64,000 bases of DNA from Patescibacteria group bacterium (GCA_018895015.1 JAHIOX010000003.1:962-64961), one strand, 5' to 3'. Shown: positions 39,339-48,429, counted from the first letter of the stretch. The notes: generated by a model from the sequence alone, not told the origin. Made by a program: numbers and translations.

Positions 39339-41120
39339 TTACTCCAACACCGCCTTGATGCGCCGGATGCCAGCCGCGCTTGCCTCTTCTTTTAGAATCT
39401 TAAATTTGCCAAGTTCGCCGGTTTTTTCAACATGCGGACCGCCGCAAATTTCCGCGCTGAAAGCGTGTACTGAATACACCTTTACTTTGTCTCCGTATTT
39501 TTGTTCAAAAACGCCAAGCGCTCCGGATTTTCGGGCTTCTTCCAAGCTCATTTCCTCGCAAATTACAGGGAGATTTTCCCGGATTTTTTCATTCACAATA
39601 TCTTCGACTTGCTTAATTTGCTCCGGTGTAACTTTCTGCGAATGCGAAAAATCAAAACGCAGGCGTTCCGCCGTTATATTGCTCCCTTTTTGGATAACGT
39701 GATTGCCTAAAACATCCCGCAACGCCTGATGCAAAAGATGCGTGGCAGTATGATATTTTGTGGTCTGCTCGCCGGCGTCAGCCAGCCCGCCCTTAAACAT
39801 TCCGGCCGAAGCAGTGCGTGAAAGCTCCTGATGCTTTTGAAATTCTTCTCTAAATTCTTCTCTAAACTTTTTAAACTCTTCTTCGTCCACAAGCAAACAC
39901 CTTTCTGCAAGTTCTTCTTGAATCATTTCTAGCGGGAAACCAAAAGTCTCATAAATATAAAAAGCTTTTTTTGCATCAACTCTGTTAAATTTTTTTATCT
40001 CTCGCCCGGATTCTATTTTTTGCGCTTCTCCAATTAAATTTAATTTATTCAATTCTTTTAATCCCCTTTCCAAAGTTTTTCCAAATCTTTCTTCTTCATT
40101 TTCAAGTTCATTAAAAATTTTATCTTTACTTTCCTCAACTTCAGAATAAATATCTTTATAAATTTCAATCACGGCTTTTGTGACTTCAGCGATAAAGTTT
40201 TTTTCAATTCCTAAAATTTTTCCGTGCCGAACAGCCCTTCGAATCAATTTGCGCAAAACATAACCTCTGCCTGCATTTGACGGCTCCACGCCGTCGGCAA
40301 TTATAAAAACGCTCGCCCTAATATGGTCCGCGATAATTCTTTTTGCACGCACTTGGACATCCAGTGTCCACTTGGACACTGGATGTCCAAGTGATTCAAT
40401 TTTTTCCATTATCGGCTCAAACAAATCTGTCTCGTAAACATTGTTTTTGCCCTGCATCACCATAGCAATTCTTTCCAGCCCCATCCCGGTATCAACATTT
40501 TTTTGTTTTAAGGTCTCAAATCTGCCATCAATGGTTTTGTTATATTCCATAAAAACATCGTTCCATATCTCAATTCCATTTATGAACATTTCTGTGTCCG
40601 GGCCGCACGGGCCTGTTGCGCCGGCCGGTCCCCACCAATTATCTTCCATGCCTTTATAAAAAATTTGTTCCTTTGGAATTCCGAGCGATTGCCAGATTCT
40701 CGCTGATTCATCGTCACGCGGCGCGTTTTCGTCTCCTTCAAAAACCGTTACAAACAATCGTTCCGAAGAAATCCCAAGCCATTCTTTGTTGGTTAAAAAT
40801 TCAAAACTCCATTCAATCGCCTCTTTTTTGAAATACGAGCCAAAACTCCAATTCCCGAGCATTTCAAAAAAAGTAAGATGGCTTTCGTCTCCCACCTCGT
40901 CAATATCAATAGTGCGAACGCATTTTTGCGAATTTGTCACCATGTTCCCGCCAGGATGTTTTTCACCCATTAAATAAGGCACGAGCGGATGCATTCCGGC
41001 AGTGGTAAAAAGCGCGGTCGGGTCTGTTTCAGGAGGAATCAAAGAAGCCGAAGGAATAATAGTGTGCCCTTTTGACTCCATAAACTTCAAAAATTTTTCT
41101 CGGATTTCCTTGGATGTCAT
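39339..41120 (-). CDS. alaS: alanyl-tRNA synthetase lacking the C-terminal C-Ala domain (593 aa)
   Basis: N-terminal catalytic motifs (FTTAGMHP, FFEMLGNWSFG), editing HTATHLLHQAL...CGGPHV; ends before the C-Ala domain. Confidence 0.9.
   Translation of the reverse strand: MTSKEIREKFLKFMESKGHTIIPSASLIPPETDPTALFTTAGMHPLVPYLMGEKHPGGNMVTNSQKCVRTIDIDEVGDESHLTFFEMLGNWSFGSYFKKEAIEWSFEFLTNKEWLGISSERLFVTVFEGDENAPRDDESARIWQSLGIPKEQIFYKGMEDNWWGPAGATGPCGPDTEMFINGIEIWNDVFMEYNKTIDGRFETLKQKNVDTGMGLERIAMVMQGKNNVYETDLFEPIMEKIESLGHPVSKWTLDVQVRAKRIIADHIRASVFIIADGVEPSNAGRGYVLRKLIRRAVRHGKILGIEKNFIAEVTKAVIEIYKDIYSEVEESKDKIFNELENEEERFGKTLERGLKELNKLNLIGEAQKIESGREIKKFNRVDAKKAFYIYETFGFPLEMIQEELAERCLLVDEEEFKKFREEFREEFQKHQELSRTASAGMFKGGLADAGEQTTKYHTATHLLHQALRDVLGNHVIQKGSNITAERLRFDFSHSQKVTPEQIKQVEDIVNEKIRENLPVICEEMSLEEARKSGALGVFEQKYGDKVKVYSVHAFSAEICGGPHVEKTGELGKFKILKEEASAAGIRRIKAVLE
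40349..40393. repeat. palindromic element (TTGGACATCCAGTGTCCA-CT-TGGACACTGGATGTCCA) in frame inside alaS, encoding LGHPVSKWTLDVQ
   Basis: same 17-bp units as the cysS element, in swapped order. Confidence 0.7.
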
Positions 41121-41394
41121 TAGAAATCATGATACCAAAAAAAACCTAAAATAAAAAGAACTCCGCTTGTAATTAATTGTTTTTCTCTGGGGTGGGATTA
41201 TCACTTTGATGATGGACCTTCATGGTACGTTGACGGAAAAACGATGACGATTTATATTGACGAAAGATTAGATAATAAAAAGCTAAGAGAATTTAAAAAA
41301 ATGAAATGTAAAATAAGCACGCGCGAGTGGACAGAATCTAAAATCTGATTTGTTGAGTCATCGCTCAGCTAAGCCTTGATTAAAAATTGAGTCA

Positions 41395-41416
41395 AGCCCA
41401 GCTGGGCTTTTTTATT
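41395..41416 (+). terminator. terminator hairpin AGCCCAGCTGGGCT + T6ATT after a short plus-strand ORF remnant
   Basis: GC stem + T-run. Confidence 0.4.
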
Positions 41417-41532
41417 GTTCCATATAGCTTTTTACGCCAAGGGTAACTCTTGGATATTAGATATACTTTGAGATTATACCAACTTCTAGCGATAACACGA
41501 AAATGGAATAATCTATAAAAACAGAAATTTGA

Positions 41533-42612
41533 TTATTTTATAATCCCGCCGCCTAGGAGAGTCTGGCCGTCATAAATTACCAAAGATTGGCCGGGGGTAA
41601 TCGCCCTCTGCGGTTTTATAAATTCAACGTGGCAGGTCGACGTGGCAGGTCGACGTGGCAGGTCGACTATGCGGCAGGATTGCAACGGCTGGCGGTATCG
41701 GATGCGCGCTTTTAACAGCTTGGAAACTGGATTTCCACTTGGAAATCCAGTTTCCAAGCAATCCGGCGACTTTCCCGAAATCCAATTCACATTTTTTATT
41801 TTTGCTTCTTTTTTGTAAATTTTTTTTTCATCCGCCTTGCTCGCCACAATCAAAAGATTTTTTCTTATATTTTTATACACTACATAATAAGGAACGCCGC
41901 CGCCCTTGCCAAACCCGCGCCTTTGGCCAATCGTGTAAAGCGGCAAACCATCGTGTTCGCCGATGATTTTTTCATCAGCAGTAATAATTTTCCCTTTTTT
42001 TAATTTTAAATTCTTTTTCAAAAATTCGTTATGCCCGCCCTTAAGAAAACAAATATCCTGACTTTCTTTTTTCAAATACGGCAAACGCAAATCATCCGCC
42101 ATTTTTTTTATTTCTTTTTTCATAAAATCGCCCAAAGGGAAAAGCGTCTTGCCCAAAATTTTTTGGTTTAAGTTATACAAAAAATAACTCTGGTCTTTGC
42201 TTTTATCTTTAGCAATTTTCAATTTATAATTTTCGATTTTCAATTTTTTAATATAATGTCCCGTGGCGATACGATCCGCGCCTGCCATTTTCGCCTCTTT
42301 CAAAAATTTGCTGAATTTAATAAGCTTGTTGCACACGACGCACGGATTTGGCGTCTTGCCGGCCGCATATTCCGAAATAAAATAATCAATAATCCGCTTT
42401 TTGAATTCTTCGCGCCAATCCCACACCAAAAACTTGATACCTATTTTTTTGGCTACAGCGCGCGCCGCGCGCTCCGGCTCTTTGCAGCCCGGCGCCAATC
42501 TCAAAAAAACGCCAACAACACCATAGCCTTGCTGTTTCAGCAACGAGGCGGCAACAGACGAATCCACCCCGCCTGACATCGCGACAAACGTTTTCTTTAT
42601 TGTTTTTTTCAT
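41533..42612 (-). CDS. mnmA: tRNA-specific 2-thiouridylase MnmA
   Basis: PP-loop SGGVDSS, conserved catalytic Cys, C-terminal ARIRYRQ...TPGQS. Confidence 0.9.
   Translation of the reverse strand: MKKTIKKTFVAMSGGVDSSVAASLLKQQGYGVVGVFLRLAPGCKEPERAARAVAKKIGIKFLVWDWREEFKKRIIDYFISEYAAGKTPNPCVVCNKLIKFSKFLKEAKMAGADRIATGHYIKKLKIENYKLKIAKDKSKDQSYFLYNLNQKILGKTLFPLGDFMKKEIKKMADDLRLPYLKKESQDICFLKGGHNEFLKKNLKLKKGKIITADEKIIGEHDGLPLYTIGQRRGFGKGGGVPYYVVYKNIRKNLLIVASKADEKKIYKKEAKIKNVNWISGKSPDCLETGFPSGNPVSKLLKARIRYRQPLQSCRIVDLPRRPATSTCHVEFIKPQRAITPGQSLVIYDGQTLLGGGIIK
41628..41666. repeat. 3 x 13-bp perfect tandem repeat CGTGGCAGGTCGA within mnmA (in frame)
   Basis: 39 bp = 13 codons, encoding VDLPRRPATSTCH. 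Confidence 0.7.
41720..41758. repeat. palindromic element (TGGAAACTGGATTTCCA-CT-TGGAAATCCAGTTTCCA) in frame inside mnmA, encoding LETGFPSGNPVS
   Basis: same architecture as the cysS/alaS elements with A/T substitutions. Confidence 0.7.
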
Positions 42613-42614
42613 GT

Positions 42615-43334
42615 TTACCTCAAATATTTCGCCTTGTTGAGTTTGTGCTCGTCAAAATTTTTGGCGAAATGGATATTTAAATTTTTGTCGGAAAGATAAT
42701 ACCAATACGAAGAAACTGTCGGGTTAAGCGCCGCCTCTATTGATTCAATGCCAGGATTGCATATCGGCGCCGGCGGAAGGCCCTTGTATAAGTAAGTATT
42801 GTAAGGAGAATCTATTTTTAAATCATCAATAGTAAGGTCAGAGCTTTTTTTGTCAATTATATGCGCGAACACCGCGTCAACCTGAAGAAGCATTCCGGTT
42901 TCAAGCCGTTTCCACAAAATTCCGGAAACAATTTTTTTATCTTCGGGAGTGAGCGCCTCTTTTTCCAAAATAGACGCCATGACAATAATTTCCGGCTTAA
43001 CATCGCCGGCTTTTTCTTTAAAATTATCTTCCATTTTTTTAATGATTTCTTCCTCGGTTTCCAGCGAAGTAAAAAAATAAGTGTCAGGAAAAAGATACCC
43101 TTCTTTCCCGTCCGCGATTTTGAGAAAATTGTCTTTGTTAAAATTTTTAAAGCCAGCGAATTTTTCGGCGATATCCCTTGAAGAATATCCTTCCGGAATC
43201 GTAATTCTAATTTGCGGCAAAGCAGTAACCGCAGATGGAGCCTTTTTTAAAACACAGAGAAGCAAAAAAGGCATTGATGAAATAAAAATAAATCCCAATA
43301 AAACGGCAAGCGCTATTTTTGTTTTTGAACTCAT
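42615..43334 (-). CDS. mltG: endolytic murein transglycosylase MltG (YceG-like)
   Basis: N-terminal TM; FPDTYFF, ASILEKE, LQVDAV, YNTYLYKGLPPAPICNPG motifs. Confidence 0.8.
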   Translation of the reverse strand: MSSKTKIALAVLLGFIFISSMPFLLLCVLKKAPSAVTALPQIRITIPEGYSSRDIAEKFAGFKNFNKDNFLKIADGKEGYLFPDTYFFTSLETEEEIIKKMEDNFKEKAGDVKPEIIVMASILEKEALTPEDKKIVSGILWKRLETGMLLQVDAVFAHIIDKKSSDLTIDDLKIDSPYNTYLYKGLPPAPICNPGIESIEAALNPTVSSYWYYLSDKNLNIHFAKNFDEHKLNKAKYLR

Positions 43335-43345
43335 ATAAAAAATGG

Positions 43346-44530
43346 CTAAATAGGCAGATTGGCAGGCGCTTCGCTTTTCTTCGCTTCAATTCTGCCAAAA
43401 GTCGGAGTCTCCGCAACTCTGCCAGGAAAATGAAAAATGGTTGCCAGTTCTTCCGTGTTTAAAACAAACGGACTGTGTTCATACGGTATGTAAAAATAAG
43501 AACGCTGGCGATACGCGTTAAGCATTTCTTTTTTCATCGCTTGTTCCCTCCTATTTTTAAACAAATAATCAACCGAAGTGGCTCTTGTCGGTTTAAACCC
43601 GTTTAGATTCAACGTATTATACTGCTTCATTGACGCAACTAAAGAAGCGATATTAACCGGATTAAACACATCGTTTCTCGCCAAATACATGGCGCGAATA
43701 CCGGTGTCAAATCCAAGCTTTGAAACATCGCGCTCAATCGCTTCTATTATTGTTTTTTTGCCTGGCGTAAGTTTTGCGGCGCTTTTGCCGCCGTCAGCAT
43801 TTTCCTTTCCATCGCTTCCCTCTTCCATTATTTTTTCAATTATTTTTTTGCCGGATTCTTTCCAATCGGTTTTTGTCGCTCTTATTAAAATTTGAAACCA
43901 GGCCTGTTCGCCGTCTTTTAGAGAACCCATAAACTCAAGAAATGAAGTTATCGGGTCTATCTTTTGCTCTTCTTTCAAAGCCGTATCGTCCAATCCGTAA
44001 TCAACGTAAGTTTTGATTGGATACGCGTCTTCGGCGGTAAGAGCGAATTCCGTCCCCCAGCACCCCCATTCTTTTCCAAATTCTTTATTGCCAAAAAATA
44101 TTCTTGAGTAATCATCGGCTTCTTTAATTTCCACATCCGAATATTGCGCGTAAATTTGCGCCTCAACAAGATTCCTGAAAAATTTTTGCGTGCAAATAAA
44201 AAAATGGATATTGCCGCCGATGCTGACGATTTCCAAACTGAACCAAGGCCTTAAAAATCCATGCCAGTATTTTTCCACAAAATTGCCGTCTTTTGTCTGA
44301 TGCAAAGTATTCAAAAAAAGCTCCATGGCGCGCGGGCTTTTAAGAATTTCTCGCGGAAGTTTTATTTCCAAAAGAGACCAGCTTAAACTTGTTATAAAGC
44401 GCGCGTTGATATATTGAATCCAAAGTCGCCAAAAAACAAAAACCAGTATGGCAGGCATCCAAAAAAGCCGAGTGTTAACCATCGCCTGAATGGCGTATTT
44501 AAAAAGCACGGAAAAACTAAGCAAAGACAT
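43346..44530 (-). CDS. membrane-anchored hypothetical protein (394 aa)
   Basis: ORF with N-terminal TM helices. Confidence 0.4.
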   Translation of the reverse strand: MSLLSFSVLFKYAIQAMVNTRLFWMPAILVFVFWRLWIQYINARFITSLSWSLLEIKLPREILKSPRAMELFLNTLHQTKDGNFVEKYWHGFLRPWFSLEIVSIGGNIHFFICTQKFFRNLVEAQIYAQYSDVEIKEADDYSRIFFGNKEFGKEWGCWGTEFALTAEDAYPIKTYVDYGLDDTALKEEQKIDPITSFLEFMGSLKDGEQAWFQILIRATKTDWKESGKKIIEKIMEEGSDGKENADGGKSAAKLTPGKKTIIEAIERDVSKLGFDTGIRAMYLARNDVFNPVNIASLVASMKQYNTLNLNGFKPTRATSVDYLFKNRREQAMKKEMLNAYRQRSYFYIPYEHSPFVLNTEELATIFHFPGRVAETPTFGRIEAKKSEAPANLPI

Positions 44531-45545
44531 ATTTGCCGTCCTTATTCTTTGTAAAATAATCGCGGTTTTGCAAATTTATGATAATGGTATTTTTCTTTAC
44601 GTATCTCTCTTTTGAAACAATGTCAATAATTTCTTCTTTGGTAAGCGGACCTTTTAATTTAATGATTTCTTTGATTACATCTTTTACGGCGCCGGTTTTA
44701 TACCCCCATTCTTCAAGTGCGTAAAGTCCTCTGCCAACCAAAACAAACCTGGCGTCTTTTATAAGTTCGTTATGGACGGTTGCCGAATGCGCCTGTCTGG
44801 AAAAATAATCGCTGATTTTTTCCGAAACCTCCATAAAATGCATCGGCGAACCTTGCTTTCTTAAAACCAAAAAAGCAAAATCGCGCATTCCTCTTGGGTT
44901 AACGCGCGGAGAACTAGCCAAGCCCCATTCTCCTAAAGCGTTGCTAGCTATAATTTTTGAAATATTAAGCCAGGAACGAAGTATTTCATCGCTGATTTTT
45001 CTTTTTAAATTATCTTCCGAGCGTTTTTTAAGCAAAGCGATAATTTCCTGCTCCGGGATAAGCTCGCTTTTGTTCAATTCATTATGCAAACTTCTTAAAA
45101 TAGCGTGGATTGCTTCCGCCTCGCGCTTGTCAATTGTCCAGCGATGATAAAATTCTTCGTCCTCTTTTATTTTTTCAAATTCATTGCCAAGAACCAGCAA
45201 AAAGAAAACATGATTTTTTTGTTTCGGATTATCCGCCAAATAGTCTAAAATTTCCCGCTCGGAAATAACCTTGCCTTTTTTATCCATAAGTTCTTGGATC
45301 TCGGCAAAATTGCCGCGCGCCGCTTCAAAAGAAGGATTTTGCCTGATTGAATTTAACGCAAAATTTTCTATCTGCCTCACTCGCTCTCTTGTGATGCCGT
45401 ATTTCTGGCCTATTGATTCAAGAGTTTTTCTGTCGACTTCGTTTCCAAGGCCATAACGCTGGACAACAACGTCCTTGGCCCTGTCCTTAAGGCCTGATAT
45501 AAAATTTTTTGTAAGACTATCCGGTTTAAATGTAAGCACTGTCAT
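44517..45545 (-). CDS. sigma-70 region-4-like HTH domain protein (N-terminal), function unknown
   Basis: TLESIGQKYGITRERVRQIENFALNSIR matches the sigma70_r4 HTH. Confidence 0.5.
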   Translation of the reverse strand: MTVLTFKPDSLTKNFISGLKDRAKDVVVQRYGLGNEVDRKTLESIGQKYGITRERVRQIENFALNSIRQNPSFEAARGNFAEIQELMDKKGKVISEREILDYLADNPKQKNHVFFLLVLGNEFEKIKEDEEFYHRWTIDKREAEAIHAILRSLHNELNKSELIPEQEIIALLKKRSEDNLKRKISDEILRSWLNISKIIASNALGEWGLASSPRVNPRGMRDFAFLVLRKQGSPMHFMEVSEKISDYFSRQAHSATVHNELIKDARFVLVGRGLYALEEWGYKTGAVKDVIKEIIKLKGPLTKEEIIDIVSKERYVKKNTIIINLQNRDYFTKNKDGKYVFA

Positions 45546-47932
45546 TTTATAACTATATTAATTAATTTATTCGGCACAAAAATTACCTTTTGAATTATTT
45601 GGTTTTTTGCGCTTGCCTGCCGTCCAGGCAGGTCTGTATACCTTTTAACATTTTCTCTCTTTAATGTCAAATCTTTCGCTTCATTTTCAGCGATTCCAAT
45701 TGGCGCTTCAAACCTGTCGCGCGTCTTGCCATTAATTTGCACGACAAGTTCAAACGTTTCTTCTTTTATTTTTTTCGGGTCATACTTGGGCCAAGGCTGT
45801 TCAAAAATAGAGTTTTTGTTTTTTAATTGGCTCCATAATTCTTCCGCGATATGCGGCGCGAAAGGACTTAAAAGTGTAACAAGCAACGCGTAATCCGTAA
45901 CGCGTAATTCTTTTTCTTTTTCCATCTGGTTTAACAATATCATTAAAGCGCTGATGGCAGTATTGAATTTAAAATTTTTTATGTCTTCGCCAACTTTTTT
46001 TATTGTTTTATGCAATAAAGTTTCTAAAGATTTGGACATTAAACGTCCACTTGGACATTTAATGTCCAAGTTAGTTTTTAGTTTCCAAACCTTCTCTAAA
46101 AATCTTTTCACCCCCATTATTCCTGTCGGATTCCACGGCCCGCCCTGTGAATACTCGCCCATAAAACACAAATACATTCGCACCGCGTCAACTCCGAAAT
46201 TCTTTACAAGCTCGTCAGGGTCGATCACATTCCCGCGCGACTTTGACATCTTTTGCCCGTCAGGGCCAAGAATAATGCCTTGATGCGTTAGCGCGGAAAA
46301 AGGCTCATTAAATTCTATATGCCCTAAATCTTTTAATGCCTTTGTAAAAAATCTTGAATATAAAAGATGCAAAACGGCATGTTCTGAACCTCCAACATAC
46401 ATATTAACAGGGAGCCATGATTTTATTTTTTTCGCATCAGCGAATTTGTTGCTGCTTTTAGGATCGGCGTAGCGCAAAAAATACCATGACGAGCACACAA
46501 AAGTGTCCATGGTATCGGTTTCTCTTTTTGCCGGCCCTCCGCATTTCGGGCATTTTGTTTTAATAAATTTTTCAGAATGCGCGAGTGGCGATTTTCCTTC
46601 CTCGGTCGGCAAATAATTTTTAACATTTGGCAATTTGACAGGCAAATCTTTTTCCGGAACCGGAACCTCGCCGCATTTATCGCAAAAAATTATCGGAATC
46701 GGCGCGCCCCAGTATCTTTGTCTTGAAATCAACCAGTCGCGGAGTTTATAATTTATAGTTTTTTTAGCGCCAAGTTTTTTTATCATTTCGTCTTTTGGCG
46801 CGAGTGGCGCTTTTATTATCGGTAAATTGAATTTCTTGGCAAACTCAAAATCGCGCTCATCGTAAGCCGGCACAGCCATAATCGCTCCGGTGCCGTAATG
46901 AGCCAGAACATAATCAGAAACAAAAATAGGAACTTCTTTATTAGTCGCGGGATTTATCGCCTTGACGCCTTTTAACTCAACGCCTGTTTTTTGCTTGTCT
47001 GTTTCCATTCTTTGCAAATCAGTTTTTTTCTTTGACTGTTCAATATACCCTTCAACTTCATCCAGATTTGAGATTTGAGATTTGAGATTTGAGATTATTT
47101 CGTGTTCCGGCGCAATAACGCAATAAGTACAACCCAAAATAGTGTCAATTCTTGTCGTAAAAACCTCTAAAAAGTTTTGGTCATTTGGATTTTGGGATTT
47201 GTTTGGAAATTGGAAATTGGAAATTGGAAATTGAATCAGAGTACCCTCTGATTTCCCTATCCAATTTTTTTGCATTAGCTTTGTCTTTTCAGGCCAATCC
47301 AATCCATCTAAACCTTCGAGGAGCTTATCTGCGTATTTTGTAATTCTAAAAAGCCATTGTTCAATGTCGCGCTGAACGACAATTACATCGCATCTTTCGC
47401 ATTTGCCGTCAACAACTTGTTCATTTGCCAAAACCGTATGGCATTTCGGGCACCAGTTTGCCGGCGCTTTCTTTTTATAAGCAAGCCCGTTTTTATAAAG
47501 CTGAAGAAAAATCCACTGGGTCCATTTGTAGTAATTCGGGTCGGCTGTGATTATTTCCCGCGACCAATCAAACATATTGCCCATGCTTTCAATTTGCTTG
47601 GACATTGCCTTGATGTTAGCATAAGTCCATTTTTCAGGATGTATCCCGCGCTTTATCGCGGCGTTTTCAGCCGGCAGGCCAAAGGCGTCAAAACCGATTG
47701 GCGACATAACATTAAAACCGCTCATCTTTTTGAAACGGGCGTAAACATCGGCCGGCGCGAAATTATACCAATGGCCGATATGCAAATCGCCGGAAGGATA
47801 AGGAAACATCACCAAGTGGTAAAAATTTTTCTTTCCCTTAACAGAATCTTTCGTTTTATAAATCCCAGTTTCTTTCCATTGCCTTTGCCATTTCCGTTCA
47901 ATTTTTTGAGGATTATATTCCGTCATTTTCAT
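45542..47932 (-). CDS. leuS: leucyl-tRNA synthetase
   Basis: HIGH (HIGHWYN), KMSKS, CP1 editing domain, zinc-binding Cys motifs. Confidence 0.95.
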   Translation of the reverse strand: MKMTEYNPQKIERKWQRQWKETGIYKTKDSVKGKKNFYHLVMFPYPSGDLHIGHWYNFAPADVYARFKKMSGFNVMSPIGFDAFGLPAENAAIKRGIHPEKWTYANIKAMSKQIESMGNMFDWSREIITADPNYYKWTQWIFLQLYKNGLAYKKKAPANWCPKCHTVLANEQVVDGKCERCDVIVVQRDIEQWLFRITKYADKLLEGLDGLDWPEKTKLMQKNWIGKSEGTLIQFPISNFQFPNKSQNPNDQNFLEVFTTRIDTILGCTYCVIAPEHEIISNLKSQISNLDEVEGYIEQSKKKTDLQRMETDKQKTGVELKGVKAINPATNKEVPIFVSDYVLAHYGTGAIMAVPAYDERDFEFAKKFNLPIIKAPLAPKDEMIKKLGAKKTINYKLRDWLISRQRYWGAPIPIIFCDKCGEVPVPEKDLPVKLPNVKNYLPTEEGKSPLAHSEKFIKTKCPKCGGPAKRETDTMDTFVCSSWYFLRYADPKSSNKFADAKKIKSWLPVNMYVGGSEHAVLHLLYSRFFTKALKDLGHIEFNEPFSALTHQGIILGPDGQKMSKSRGNVIDPDELVKNFGVDAVRMYLCFMGEYSQGGPWNPTGIMGVKRFLEKVWKLKTNLDIKCPSGRLMSKSLETLLHKTIKKVGEDIKNFKFNTAISALMILLNQMEKEKELRVTDYALLVTLLSPFAPHIAEELWSQLKNKNSIFEQPWPKYDPKKIKEETFELVVQINGKTRDRFEAPIGIAENEAKDLTLKRENVKRYTDLPGRQASAKNQIIQKVIFVPNKLINIVIK
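46033..46073. repeat. palindromic element (TGGACATTAAACGTCCA-CT-TGGACATTTAATGTCCA) in frame inside leuS, encoding LDIKCPSGRLMS
   Basis: same TGGACA...TGTCCA unit architecture with a TTAAA core. Confidence 0.65.
47064..47097. repeat. 4.8 x 7-bp microsatellite AGATTTG inside leuS (reads as ISNLKSQISNLD)
   Basis: perfect heptamer repeats; reading frame preserved. Confidence 0.7.
47204..47231. repeat. 4 x 7-bp microsatellite TGGAAAT inside leuS (reads as QFPISNFQFP)
   Basis: perfect heptamer repeats 100 bp from the previous array. Confidence 0.7.
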
Positions 47933-48404
47933 GCGAATCTTTCAATTTTTTAATTCCTATCCAAACAAGAATAGCGAGGGCTATGCCTAAAATTATAAAT
48001 CGCAAATAATCATTCATCGCCGACCAATACCCGAGCGTGCCTACAATCAAAGAGACAAGGCCTCCAAAAGACAGCCCGAGAGAAACCGCTTCGGACATGG
48101 CAATACTGAAACCGAGAACCAAAGAAACAACACCCGCGACAATCCAAACTATAAAAACATTCCTTTTGTAAAAATCATTGTCTTTATCGTATTTTTCCTG
48201 GCACTCGCGCTGTTTTTCGTAATCCATTTGCCGCTCGGGAACAGGTTCAGTATAAACTGATTTAGGCACGCCGTATTCCGCCGGACAATAATCGTCGTAT
48301 TTCGGCTCGTTGTAAAAAGTTTTTATGCCGTAATTAAAAAACAAGTTAAGCACGATTATGATTCCCAAAACAAGAATGAGTTTTTTGAAATTAATGTTTT
48401 TCAT
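47913..48404 (-). CDS. membrane protein, unknown function (163 aa)
   Basis: N-terminal TM + two C-terminal TMs. Confidence 0.4.
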   Translation of the reverse strand: MKNINFKKLILVLGIIIVLNLFFNYGIKTFYNEPKYDDYCPAEYGVPKSVYTEPVPERQMDYEKQRECQEKYDKDNDFYKRNVFIVWIVAGVVSLVLGFSIAMSEAVSLGLSFGGLVSLIVGTLGYWSAMNDYLRFIILGIALAILVWIGIKKLKDSHENDGI

Positions 48405-48429
48405 ATAAATTCATAATACCATAATTATT

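Noticed and set aside
41628-47231. CRISPR array
   Set aside because: All tandem repeats are 7-13 bp units without unique spacers and lie inside coding sequences. No cas genes; only a Cas2-fold-like domain in an unrelated context at 6425-6979.
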